Source of the DNA: Harriotta raleighana
Taxonomy: Eukaryota
Length of the DNA stretch: 64,000 bases
Reading direction: 5' to 3'
Assembly (NCBI GenBank): GCA_050575255.1
Contig: JBNZDD010013632.1
Coordinates: 2,302,480 to 2,366,479, forward strand
This document shows positions 11,710-24,900 of this stretch, in pieces. The notes beneath the pieces are model-generated. The model saw nothing but the letters and a program-made list of their open reading frames with translations, ran no database searches and was not told where the DNA came from. Numbering within the stretch: the first letter of the stretch is position 1; every line of letters begins with the position of its first letter. The translations under genes and the position numbers were made by a program.

Positions 11710-12589
11710 CTGCAACATTATATAAAAAAAGAAGTAATTTATCAGATACTGTAAGCATGGGTAAAGGGAAAAATCTACATGCAACAGAATCATCCTTATT
11801 GAGTATTGTGTGATCCTAATTTTAAAATGGAGTCACTGAGACATTAATTTATCTGTAGCATAGCAGGTACCAATAATGTGAAAAATCCCATCCACCATAT
11901 ATTCCTGAGTCATTAATACCGTTACTATCATGTGTGGAATAATGTACTTGTGGGGATCATTTACAGGCTTTATACGGGCCTTTCCGAGTTGGTTTGAGAC
12001 CAATAATGTATTGTGCGAGCATAAGCCCAAACCATCATGGGAATCGAAACACATCTGTACTAAATCCTCTGACCATCTGCTATTATATATAATACAGAAA
12101 ATACATTTTGCCATTTTCAATTTGTGAGAAAATGGTCGGCGTTGCCTCAGGAAGCTTACTGCGCAGGTGAAAAGGCCATTGTGTAATGCAGAACATAATT
12201 TTATTGTGATGAGTGGTTCTGTATACTGTATTAGCCCTTCTGATGTGAACGTTGCAACATTCCAGGGAGCACTGCTCACTCTCCTAAATCTCTAAGCTAT
12301 TCTCTTCCTTTTATATAACAAAGAGGGTAAAATCCTGACTTCTCTTTAGCTGTGGATTTTTTTGATATGGCTTACTAAACAAATGATACATTTATAACAG
12401 GCAGATGAAAGCACACATAAAGAAGTCCTTTATCAGGGGAATTATATTATTATTATAATATAACATTTGTTACTTTTATGTATGTTCAAGGAAACTATTT
12501 GGATGCAGAAATCAATTCTAATGACACCGGTTTGTGTAATTTTACCATTCACCTTAGCCCTGGGTGTGCACAAGAGAGGTTAGTGTCAC

Positions 12590-13110
12590 TTTGTGGCAGC
12601 AATAAAGAAGGCAAAAAGGATGGTGGGGTATATTACTAAAACAGCTCAGGTCCCTAGATATCACACTCCAGTTATACAGTGCTCTGGTGAGACTGCACCT
12701 CGAGTATTGTGCACAGTTCTGGCCACATAAGGGAGCTGTCTGGGCCTTTGAGGCAGTGGAGAGAATAATCCTCAGGGTTAGAGGAATGAGCAATGATTGA
12801 CTCATGAAGGCTCTTTGGTCTCAAAAGAAGAGAGAACCTTTATAGAGATATGGAAAATTTTAAATGGGATTTTTAAAAAAGTAAACAAACACATCGCTTA
12901 CAAATTCCCCAAGGCAATAGAATGAGAAGATACTCGTTTAGATTTGCAAAGGGCAATTTCAGGACAGACAATTGGAAGTATTTATTTACCCAGAGGGTAA
13001 CTAACGAATGGAACAGGTTACCAGGAAGAGTGGTTGAGACCATTCAGGAAACTGGACGCTTTTTAAAAAATGCACAGCATGATGCTGTCATACGAAAAGG
13101 GTAGGATGGA
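12590..13110 (+). mobile_element. CR1 LINE 3' fragment (degenerate ORF2 C-terminus)
   Basis: Translates to QLYSALVRLHLEYCAQFW (about 12669-12722) and FTQRVTNEWNRLPGRVVE, both characteristic CR1 ORF2 C-terminal motifs; frames are broken. Confidence 0.9.
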
Positions 13111-14749
13111 TATTCTGTTAGGGAAGTCAAATGAGTTGAGATTTGAATTGCAATTCTTGCAGGTTGACTGAGATGTAGCAACACAAGTGCTGGAGAATTT
13201 TCAAGATTCACCTGTCTTATTAACCCAAGTAAAGAAGAGATTAATCTTTTTTTAATTCTGGAAAGGGAGAACATTGGCTGAATTAAATGTATTTCTCAGC
13301 TATTGTTCAGTGAAACTGAGCTGACCATTATGAAGTACTGGACTACAGTTAAAAGCTGTGATGCCGTGATATGTTGATCCACGATCAATAAACTTGATTT
13401 GTTCTTGTTTCAGGACTTTTTTTTACTAAGCCAAACAGTTTGATTTATCTACCTCCAATCCAATAATTCAGAAAGATAAAGTAATCTTTTTTTTTCTTCT
13501 CCTGCTACTTTCAAATTGCTTGTCATTTTTATTAAACATATTCCTGTAATTTGAAAAGTGCACTTAAGATTTTTGCTTGAGCTGTGCAAAATATCCATTG
13601 AAATGCCAAGTGGAAACGCAAGAACCCACACGTATTAACAAATCCTGGCCATGCTCACTCCCTGAACCAGCAATGTTGTTCAATTTACTGCTGCCACTAA
13701 TGAAATAATTCATTGCAAAGCAGTCTGAAAATTGGAGATGTAAAGACAGCATCAGTAGTAAAACACAAGGTCATTTTAATTTTGTGCAGTCGATCTCCCA
13801 CCAGTACTGCCACTAATAGCCAGAGAAGTTTGCACCATATAATGTGCAATAGCATTTTAAGATTAGCCTTTGAGAATCGCAGGAATATATCTGTATGAAA
13901 ATAATTCATTTCAATATGTTGTAGACTTATTGTGACGGACACCATGAACAGAGAAGAGTAATCTTCTGTAGTTCCATGGGAGCGTTTAACATCTTAGATG
14001 ATAGATCTTTGTTCTCAAGGCTTCATAGAAAAGGAAATGTGATTTTTGCTCAGAAGTTCCAAAGGACACTCAGTTCTCAGACAAGTTATTTATCCTAAGT
14101 ACTGTAGTTGTTTTTGCTGTAATATTCTTAATTGTCAGCTTTCTGCTTTGGCTCTCAAAGTGTTTTTAAAGAGTGACTTTTGCAAAGTCAGCAAGGATAT
14201 TATTGAAGCTCATTCAAATGGAACCAAGAAATGTTTTCCCTAAACTCTCTCCCCCTCTCTCTCTCTTGTTTTGTGCTTTCAAATCATAGAGCAGCCTTGA
14301 AGCAACATAAATTTGCACAAATACTTCAAGCAGAAACATATTAAAGCTGTAGCAAAGATGTCAGTTATAATTAAGAAAGGTTTCTTATTTTTCAACCTGA
14401 TAACAATGCAGTTCTAATCATAAAATGGTGTTAGTGTAACCCCCATAACTGAAACACAAATAACATGTTTACATTGGGGAGCATAAAAATGGTACGTTAA
14501 CTCTTAATTCTCCATCATTTCTAATGAAATATTTCAGGCAGACTTTCCTGTTTCTGCTCTGGTCATGTAATTTAGAATCATGGCAAATGGTAAAAACTTG
14601 TGAATCTTTTGGAAATTCAATATTTTGTGTTGTTTTAATTTATTTTTGAAAAAATATAGGCTGTTGTCACTGGGCTACAAATTTTTTCAAATTGGATAAT
14701 TTATGTTTGATAATTTACCCCTTAATGTCACAAATAACATTAATTTTAT

Positions 14750-15040
14750 GGAATCCTATAGCTCAGTGGTTAGAGCACTCGCTTCACAGTGAAGACCTGG
14801 GTTGGATTCCCGACAATGTGAAATGTTGAGCAAGTTTCCCTAATCAGTACACTTCTCCAGTGGTATAATACCTTTAATTGTAATTAAGAAATATATAATT
14901 TGGTCATTCAATCCACGATTGTTTGTGGGACGCCACTGTGCACAATTGTTTTGCCTACAAAATATCGTCAATTCACTTTACAGTACTTTGAGACGTCTCG
15001 AACACATGATAAGGTGCTATATCAAATGCAAGGATTATTA
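14750..15040 (+). mobile_element. tRNA-derived SINE copy
   Basis: A box tagctcagtgg, B box ggttggattccc, body tgtttgtgggac, tail ctatatcaaatgcaaggattatta. Confidence 0.88.
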
Positions 15041-18000
15041 ATTGTCAGAAAGCAAAAACAAACCACTTAGGATAAATAACTCTTCTGAGAAATGATTGTC
15101 CTTTGGAATTTCTGAGCAGAAATCGCTTTTCCTTTTCTGTGAAGCTTTGAGGACAAAGATCTATCATCTATGGATTATTATGAGCTTTGCTTCCAGCTGG
15201 TGTGGTATACACGCACACAGGCCATCTGTAGTAATGAACAATTTCTGGAGCAGGAAAGAAATCCAACATCTATGTAGAAAAAAGCACCCAGTTGCTTCCA
15301 CAAACTCGAGACCAGTTCCCTGGTGTTTTATTTGGGAGTGGGTGTCTCACCACTGGCCTGAAAACCCATTTGTCTGAGCAAGACTGTGTGTTTCCTCTTA
15401 AGGGGAAGCTTGCTCAGTGGGTTTTTTTAAGTATCGTATAACTTTTGCATTCTGTTCATTTTGATTATACTGTGTGCTATTTTCACAGTTAAGAGGAAGT
15501 GTTATCCTAGTTAGATTGGTCGGACATGTCTCTCTGTGCTGAAAATAAAGCACCTTAATCAAGACAGGACTTTTATTTTAAAAAAAGCAAAGATGCATTC
15601 AATGTGAAATTAGGGGCAATCTTGTCCAATTTGCAGTGTTGATAACACATCAGTGTGTACATTACTTTATAATTCCTCACTACAAGAGAGCAGCTCAAAA
15701 CGTGACCCTTTCATGACATACAGCCATTTGTCCTTTTCATAACCTATTCGTTTACAGTTGACCAATTGCATAAACTGTTTTCCCCCCCCTTAAAGCTCTA
15801 AATTACAACTTTAACATCTGCAGTACAATTCAGTGGCTTCTGCTGTACTTTTAAGCCTGTCTACATTGTGACTCTGGCAGAGAGGTTGTCATTTAAACTG
15901 AATTGATATTTTCCCCACTTCCTCAGACAGGATCCCATCAACACAGGGAAATAAATAGACCTGTGGAAGTCGTCTTGCTATGATTCATTCTGATAATCTG
16001 CCCCGGGAGAGGCAGCAGGAGATCATACACGAGATTGAGCTTCTCGAAGAAGACAAATAGGACAGGCAGTGCATTGAGGGTGGGAATTGGGATGACAGTA
16101 CCAGAGGTCACATTGATTTCCAGCAGGAATTTCCAATGATAAGATAACCTCTTGCTCTCTGTTACCTATTGTTCATTGGCTAGTTGTCGAACAAGAACTG
16201 CATTTCAAATGTGCTTGTAAAGGCATCACCATTATTTTCTGTAATTGCTTGATTGTGAATTTTGCAGTGTTTTTGCAAGCCAGTTGCATTGGAAAAGAGG
16301 CATTGCACCTTTAAATTAATTTTAAATATGCAGTAAATGATCTCCTGTCACATTTCCATAAATGCTTTTGGATGAAAGAGCCAGTCCACAGCCCAGAGAT
16401 CCCAGCGGCGAGATTCTGTGTAATACATCTGTGATCATTTTGGGTCGTAATTTATGATTTCAGTCATTAACAAATATCATTTGTGCCATGGCCTCATTTT
16501 GCGATCCATTCTTTGACTTTTTAATCCTGATGCACAATTTCCTCCTTGGTTTGATGATTGATAACACTAAAAAAAAGCTTCAACAATTTTTTTTTGGGGG
16601 GGAAATCAGATTATGGTTAAAATAATGTTTAAAATGATCATAAAAGTATTTTTTAATGACTTTCTTGGTGACTTTTTAGATTCTTGCCCCAGGTCAATTA
16701 TGGTCTATTACAGGGGGGTGAGGGGGAGACAAAGCTGCCTGCAATTGTTTAAATTCATACACAAGTATTGTAACACTAATTTTAGACAGCCCAACATTAC
16801 AGTTACAGGGGGATTTGGCTCTGTTTATAATAATAGGTGCTTTTAAACTTCTGCTGGTTGTTCTAAAAAAAATCATGTTGCATTACTAACTTGCATTCAA
16901 AAATTAGGTTCCACTGGTGATAAACTGTAACGGTTGGCTGGTCATTTAAGTGTCTTCTTTGTGTAAAACATTCTTGATGATGGCCATTAAATGAAGTACT
17001 ACATTGGTATAACTAGACACTAAAATGGTCCAGGAGGGTCCAGAGGAAAATAATCCAGGCTATAATTTTGAAGGAAACTTGTATTCAAAGGTTGTATTAC
17101 ATACGGAATGATGTAGAGGGAGTTCAGAATTTGAACTATCTACTCGATTGCTATGATTGAAAGCTTTTCCTGAAGCAGTGTGCCATAAAATCCAGTTGCA
17201 ATAGTCACACTGATGTAAATTGTGAATGTTGTGTAGCAGCGTGGATAAACAGCCTATATTTTGAAAGGCACAGCAATGGCTGTGTTTTAACTATAGGCCA
17301 GTCTCAAGTCCCATATTTCAGTTCCATGATACTTTTAAAAGTTCCCTTTTATCAACTGGTCATCTGCCCCAGTTTCAAATGATGGTGGTGTCACTTTTAT
17401 GATGGTCTGAGTGCCAAAGTAATGGATCATCAGATATAATCTGCCAATGTAACTCCCAATACGTTAGGATTAGTTTACAAGAAAGGAAGGTGGTTGGCAG
17501 AAGCTGGGTATCTGACACTAAACAACATCTGACCCTCACTTGTCAACATCTTTCTTTTAATGATAAAACAAAATGAAATCATTTAACAAGCTTGACATGT
17601 TGGGGAGCAATTAAAAGCTTTTTTAGAAAAAAATAATGATTTAAAATAATTTACTGTATATAGATGAAATCTGCTTCCATTTAGATTAATATAAGCTATT
17701 TATTTGAGCAGAATTATTCTTTTAACCTCCACAGCTGACCTTTTATTGCAAAACACCTGCTTCCCGTTTAATGGATCAAACAATGTATTACATAGATGTT
17801 TTCATCTTACTTCCAGTGTTGATGTTCATTACACAGGAGAAAATGTTGTAATGCCATTTTTAGGCTGGTTATATTTCAGCTTTATTGCCATTTTTAGGAT
17901 GGTTATTATATTTCATTCTTTTTTTAAAAAAAACAAGACCACCCAGCCTTTACTAACAAATTCCAAGTTCCATGCCATTTCCAAAACATTTTAAATAATT

Positions 18001-18906
18001 TTTGACTTTGGGAAGGAAAGGAGGTTAGAACCCTTTCACCTTTTAATGCCTTGGACTGAATCCAGCCCAGATTGATGGGACAAAGTCTCTCTCTGACTGT
18101 TGGCTGCAAGGGATTTTGTTGAACAAAGCTTGGTCAACATTAAACCAATTCCTAGCAGGCATGATTCTCCTGCTCAAACTACTCCTAATTTGGCATTGAA
18201 TTTACAATCACAAAAATGACGTGTATAATATGAAAAACGCCACACAAGTGTAGCTGGCAATGCTGTAAGGCATATCCATCTAGCAGAGTAGAAGGAACTT
18301 GACTCATGCACCTAGATATGTTTTTACTTGGTCTGGGAGTGCTTGATTTTCCACTGCTAAAATCCCTCAGCTTCGCAGGAACTACAAATTCATCCTGCAA
18401 TCTTGTGGAAAACAATGTTTTTAACTCGGTGTAACCATCCAGCCCCAAATTCCTCCCACACACTCCATCCTGGAGTCTTTATACCTCACCCAATCCCTTC
18501 CCACCTTTAAAGCCTAAATTAGAACTAACTTTCCACTGTGCAATAGATTACTTTTCACTTCCCTCTCCCACCCACTGCCACCTCCACACTTTGTGCTCCC
18601 AGTCAGCCATCTGAAGACATTATATAAGTGTAAATTGTTGGTCGAATTCATGCCTTTTGGGATCAATTGAAGGGATGTATGAAGGAAGCTTCCACCACCT
18701 CCTTTGTTGTTAGTGCTGGGTTCGTGGACTAACACACTGTCGATTTTCCTTTTTTCCTCTCTTGTCTACTGGGAAATCTAAAATTATTGGGATTCAAACC
18801 TAAAAGTCCAAGTTGAAAATGCAGTATGCTTTTAAACTTGCTTTAAAACACTTTGAGGTGGTATGATTACTGAATTTCTCAATCTGAATTTCAAAGATTT
18901 TGCCAT

Positions 18907-19135
18907 GAACATAAGAAATGCTAGATGATAAAAATGACCGAGGTCCATCTAGTTTGCCTTCCACCTTCCTGGCGGTCATGTGCACAAATTTCCTGAACTA
19001 CCTATGTATGTATTGTAATCTACAGTATCCCATAATGTTACTTCCTAAAAGTAAACTATCTCATCTGTGTTTGACAGAATCAACACTTCCTACTTCAACC
19101 ATTGTGAACTCCTCCACATAATCTGGACCCCTAGT
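18907..19135 (-). mobile_element. CR1-like LINE 3' end, decayed
   Basis: Reverse complement ends ..tagatggacctcggtc..ttttatcatc..tttcttatgttc, typical of a CR1 3' UTR and terminal repeat. Confidence 0.55.
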
Positions 19136-21674
19136 TTGTCATAGAGTGCATGTGTTTGATAAAACTTATGATAATTGCTGGCTGAACCACGGTGTCCATG
19201 GTTGAGCTCTCGTGTGCACTTTGCAAGGCAGGACAGCAGTCTCCTAGAATTTACCCCTGCATGACCATCCATTCTCCAGCCTGGCGGGGAACTGCAAAAA
19301 GTTCACTCAACTGAGGCAAGTGACAGGCAGCGTGTTAAACTGCTTTTTGCCATAAACAATGGGATATCTGGCAAAGCCTTGATCTTCCGAGCTTGTCTAC
19401 ATCGCAAGTCTTTTTAGTTATAAATTATACAGGAACAATATAGTGTTCCAGGAAAGATATTAAAGCCAGGCAGAAACACGGTTAAATGTCATCTGTTAAA
19501 GTTTAGGTGATCTGGTAAATTTAGTGCCAGATTCAGAAGCTCAGACGCAAAATTTATGAGCCTGGAATGCATAATCCCAATTTTTCCGTTGATATTTTGC
19601 AAACACTTATGAATTGATCTACAGTTGGAGAAACAGATGGTCAGGTATGGAGTACAAAGAATTATTTCACATATTGTTCCACTAACCCTTCCAATTTCTC
19701 CAAATAAGTTTTCCGTGATGGTATCCCTCTTTCCCTGTGTATAAATTACAGTACAAATCAAATTCTTGAATTACTGCAGTCATCCATACTTCAAAATCTT
19801 ATTATTTTTTCTGTAAGTATTAATTAACACGGCAAAAGTACAATCTTAGAAGCATGAACTGTGAGCTTTGGAGAGGGTAAATGTGTTGTTTGGATTTGAG
19901 TCGGTAACATGGTAACACTGGGATAGTGGGTTATTAGATTTCCAGTTATCAATTTCAAAGCCGTAAACCATTCACCTTTTCACACTGCAAAGAATGTTCT
20001 GCTTGTTCCACCCCACCTCCCGCTTCAAATTTCCTAAGAATTAAGTGAACCTTATACATAATGTAAGTGACATTTTTGATGGTACTGTATATCAGTAACA
20101 TATTTTACATTTCTTAAATATTGCAATCCATCAAACTGATCTAAAAATCTTTGCTTATTCATGGTAACATCACCTACTAATATTTGTGATGGTCAGAATA
20201 TGGTCTTGGTTCTGGGCAGTATGTTTTGTCTGTTCTGTGTATCATTCATAAGCAAAAGTACAACAAAAAAAAATAACAGTACTAAAAGTGCAATTAAAAG
20301 TTTGTATGTTGTGAAATATTTGATGCCTGTTGCATCCAGATGGAAAGTTAAAGACTGATTATAAGATCACTTTTAAATCTGTTTATAAAACCAGATTTTA
20401 AATAATGCGTTTTCTTTTAGGAAACTACCTTCAATAGAGTAAATGTTCTACTGTAATCAGATTAAAATCATGGCAGAGGTGTCTTTGATTTATTTTTGGA
20501 ACTACACTAACCCGTTTAAGAATATAAAGAATGGGTAAATCTTTAATGGCGGAAGCCTTTAAANGAGTAAATGTTCTACTGTAATCAGATTCAAATCATG
20601 GCAGAGGTGTCTTTGATTTATTTTTGGAACTACACTAACCTGTTTAAGAATATAAAGAATGGGTAAATCTTTAATGGCGGAAGCCTTTAAAAGTAAAAGC
20701 CTTTACTTCGAATAGAGTATAAGTAAACGTGAAACCAAATTTTGAATGTTCTTGCAACAAATCCATTAAAATTGCTTGGCACATTGTTTGCTTATCCAAA
20801 TTGAAATATACAGGTATGTATTTGAAAATGGTGTGATCTGAGTATTGGGTGTGTGACAGAACTCAGGTATGCCTGTGACTTAACATGGTGCGGTAAGGTG
20901 CACTGTTGTTAACTGAAGTCACTGAAGCACTGTTACTGTTATAGGAAAACCTGACCTGGTTGGAGTGATGCTGAATTGACTATTAGCTATAAGGTAGATG
21001 GATGGAATGACTGTGCCAGCTTGCGCACTGCATAGAAATAACAACCAACGGTGCACTGTAGATTGCCAGTGTGTTCAAGGGAAAATGAGAGTAATACAGT
21101 ACTAGTTGTCAAGTAATACAGTACCAGCAGTGACATCAGCCATCATTGCAGCTAAATTAAATACAGATGGTGAAATCTGCACTAAACGGGTCAATGGAAC
21201 ATTTAAGAAAGACGGAGCACATATTTGGACCAAATCCAGGCAATTTTCGTGGTTTCTGTTATTTTTAAAATTAGGTAAACCTAATTGATTGTGGTTGCCA
21301 TAATGATACACAAGTGTTAAAGGTGTTTGGTGAGCAATACAGTATTTTCCCTCCCACTGTAAACATGCTAGGATTGAGGAAGGGCTGCTGCGCTCAATCA
21401 CATATTAATGCGGGAAAGTTTTTAATATTTACTAGGGAACGACTTGCTTGGTGACTGCCTGATTGAATAATTCAACAAAAACAACTGGACTAATAAATGC
21501 TGACTGACTCAAAGCAGATTATTTAATAGAGAGGATTCGGAAGATCATAGGCAATTGCTGTAAAGCACAAATGAGAAAAGAATTACCAAAGCTTTTGGGG
21601 ATAGCCTTGCAAAGTCTCCAATCCATGACTACTCTTATTGATTGTGCTTACAAGAAGTCACTGTGCAGCATCAC

Positions 21675-22130
21675 TGATCTGTGCTGATTTAGCTGATTCC
21701 CTATGAAATTGCCTACCCCGTCCATTCAGCGGGCTCTGGTCTGCTCCATGTCCCCACCCGATCCGCCCTACCATCAGTGGACTGGCTTTCAGCCTCTCTG
21801 CCCCCACACTCCCTTCACTTTGCTTCCTCCCTTGACTCCTTCAAGGCTGGTCTCAAGACCCTCCTCTTCGATTCTGCCTTCTGCTGCTCTCCCAACTATC
21901 TCCCTCCCCATTGCTCGGGTCCCGACCTCACTGTTCAGCGCCTTGGGATGTTCTCCCAATGTGAAAGGCACTCTATAAATGTAATTTTGTTGTTGTTGAT
22001 TTCAGCCAGAGCAATGGCTGGGATGCTACAAGTGGCCTGGTGAGATCTTGGGCTCGGGAGGAGAAAAACCATTGTTGCCAATTCTGATTCTTGAACGCTA
22101 TCTAGTGGCAGACTTTCCCCTCCACTTATC
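21675..22130 (+). mobile_element. Ancient SINE copy interrupted by an L2 3' fragment (21699-21996)
   Basis: Host sequence tctgtgctgatttagctgatt|...|tcagccagagc. Insert has L2-type ctcaagaccctcctcttcga and ends aggcactctataaatgtaatt(ttg)n. Confidence 0.75.
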
Positions 22131-22694
22131 CAATGTTTGAACCCATCTTTGATGCCCAGCAGAGCCAAAAGACCTGCCGACTCTATCTTTTATGACTTAT
22201 AACATAAACTCCAGTGAGTGGCCGGTGCTCGTTAAGCTATCAATAAAAAGGAAAAGGAGAGGACGGTTGACAAGAAAGGGAAAGAAAAAGTTGCTGTTAA
22301 TGATTTTGCACTTTAAAAACTGACTTATTCTCTGCAATGCTGAGGGTGCTTCATTCACATTTGTGTCCAGATTTCACCATTTGTTTGAATTTCAGCAACA
22401 TTCTTAATTAGCAGATAACCTAATTCATTCAGATCTGTTAACAAAACATGCCTGCTTGTGCTCACGTGGCGTTGATAAATTGTGGAAACTATTAGCTTGA
22501 AAGTAACTGTCAGGTTTTATTTGTGCTGGACATTAGTCACTACATTTTCTGGCTTCAGTATACCTCGTGCATCGAACAAATTCTAGAATGACTCACTATC
22601 TCTCCATTTCATTTTTTCACCCACCCCCACTGTTGTGGATGTGAACCAACCGAAACCTCAATGTTTGAATAGATTAGAATAAGGAAGGTATACA

Positions 22695-22980
22695 GTTAAC
22701 CCTTGTCGAAGGTGACTTTATCGATTGCAAATTCAAGTATACGCGACAAAACGAAAGCATCACGTTTTTGTGGCAGAACGCGTAAAACTTGTGTATACAC
22801 GTCAGCTGGCCCCCGCGCGCATGCACACGTGTGAGTTCGCCAACAGCCGCCGACTAAATCCAATGATTCCTCAGCTGGCTGGTCCCACGCACATGCGCAC
22901 TGTTGACGAGGCCGTCAGATCCCGACTAAAGCCTTGGCTGGCTGGCCCTGTGCGCAATGCATTCTTGGGTAAGGTTTAGA
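22695..22980. mobile_element. CpG-rich small element, possibly a degenerate piggyBac-type MITE
   Basis: TTAA-CCCTT left end, AAGGT-TTAG right end (imperfect); internal subrepeats gctggc..gcgcatgc and cgactaaa; sharp CpG enrichment against the flanks. Confidence 0.4.
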
Positions 22981-23220
22981 TAACTGTTCAGCCTGATGTA
23001 TTGCATGATAAACAGAAGAGACAGAGCGAGAGACATTCTCCTACAGAGCCCGAGCAGCTCGCCAATCTCCGATGATGGTACCTGTTCCCCCCACTGATGC
23101 AATTTTATTGAATCCCATTCACCTTTTTTCTTCTTGTGGCTTTTAATATTAATTTCCCTACAGTATTTATCCAATTTCTATTTTAAATGCTGTCATAGTC
23201 TTAGATAGCATTAGTAGATT

Positions 23221-23540
23221 GTGGAGCTCCTGTGGCTTAGTGGTTAGAGCACTCGCCTAACAAGCATGAGACCTGTGTTCGAATCCAGGCAGATCAGGGC
23301 GAAACCTTGGGCAAGTTTCCTTACTCCACATGCCTAATAATCCCTCCAAAAAACCCACAATAATAAAATTGGTCATTTCAATCTATGACTGTTTGTGGGA
23401 CACTGCTGTACGCCATTGGCTGCCACATTCCGCCCACAATATACAGTCAATGCACTTTACAGTATATTCTGTGAAGCACTTTGGGACGTTGATAAGATGT
23501 GAAAAGCACTATATCAAATGCAAGGATTATTATTATAATA
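23221..23540 (+). mobile_element. Full-length tRNA-derived SINE with intact Pol III boxes
   Basis: A box TGGCTTAGTGG 23233-23243, B box GTTCGAATCC 23277-23286, Deu/L2-type tail, (ATT)n end. Confidence 0.92.
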
Positions 23541-24390
23541 TTATATAGATTTATAGAGAGCAGTGCATTCATGGAGCAGACAGAAGCAATCAATTCTATG
23601 GCAAAGTGGGCATTTTTTTCCCACACAAGAACTGGACCATCAACCATTCATGAAAAGATTTCCAGGCTGAAGATCAGCAATGAGGTGACCACATGCTAAT
23701 GTGCATAATAGGCTAGAAAATTGCAGTTTTGGTTTGCGTCCTAGCAGTAGAGCAACACAACATGTGTCCTGCAATATACACGAGGAGGTGGCACTTTCCA
23801 CTGGGTTTTTAAAGTAGCAAAAGTTGTGCTGAGGTCCTGCTGAGGAGTGAGCCCCAGCAGCTTGTTTGGTGAAGTTTCCTTTCGTTTTAATTTTAAATGA
23901 AATATTTTAAAAAGATTTACAGTGAAGAATGAAAGTATAACAGCTGGCGTCTGCTCTACATTAGTTATATTGGAACAATCATTGAGTGGAATTTTCCCCT
24001 CACACACTTATGCATAACAGGAAAATTGTATGGCATTTAATAGAAAGCAGCATGGTGCTCTGAGACATCATGTGGTACTGTGCCATGATATTTCAGCCTG
24101 TGGCAAGCCTTGGATACTTTGTGCAAAAGTAGTTTATGGGAAGAGGCCCAATTCCAACATTTTCTTTGAGACATATTCCGCAATTTATAATCTGACACTT
24201 TTTTTCTGACACACTTTAATCTTCAATTTGTTCTCAAACTATAATCAATGTTGGTTAGATGGGTGGGAAGGGAAATGACTAATGACATTGCATGATCAAA
24301 GTGCTGTTTGAAAATCTTGTGCTATACTTTTAACATGTTTTTAAATGATGGTTCGATCTCTTTGTGCTTAACTAATATCAGTTGACGATC

Positions 24391-24900
24391 TGGCTCACAT
24401 GGTAGCACTCTCACCCCTGAGGCAGAAGGCTCATTTCTGGAATTTGAACGCGCATAGGACTGACACTCCACTGCGCTGCTGAGGGGAGAGCTGCAATGCC
24501 GGAGATGCTAATCTTCAAATCGGAAATTAAATCGAGGTCTCATTTGCCTGTTCAATTAGGCGCTAAAGATTCTATGTGACTATTAAAAAAGAGAATATTC
24601 GAATAATAATCCTAGTATATGAAAACAAAAATGCCTGATCGCATCATTGAGATGTCTCAAAGAGCTCCACAGAAAATGGTGCAAAGTGGAGTGACTGTAT
24701 TTTATGGACGAGTTTCTCCCAGGGTCCTGGCCAACAATCCCCTGCCCCAACCCCCCCAGACAGAAAAAAAAACTGTCATTCACTTCATTGTTGTTTGTGG
24801 GATACTGCTGAGTGCAAATTGGATTGACTTTTCAGTAAATCCTATGAGATGTCCTTCTGATGTGGAAGGTGCTATATCAAATGCAAGGATTTTCATTATT
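24391..24900 (+). mobile_element. Deu-domain SINE (SacSINE1/AmnSINE1-like) with an inverted SINE tail inserted at about 24602-24710
   Basis: ctgacactcca..gctgagggg.g.gctgca.tg.cggag..ttaaatcgaggtc..taaagat is the recalled Deu-domain pattern. Host resumes at ttctcccagggtcctggccaac. Confidence 0.75.

Noticed and set aside
11833-12279. 148-aa minus-strand ORF just upstream of an exon
   Set aside because: No recognisable motif, no fitting splice phase, random-like composition.
20437-20691. 127-bp direct duplication (20437-20563 and 20565-20691)
   Set aside because: Copies are separated by a single N (20564) and differ at two positions: signature of unmerged overlapping contig ends, not a real tandem repeat.
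23221-23295. tRNA-like sequence with A and B boxes
   Set aside because: It is the head of a SINE and continues into body and tail; not a tRNA gene.
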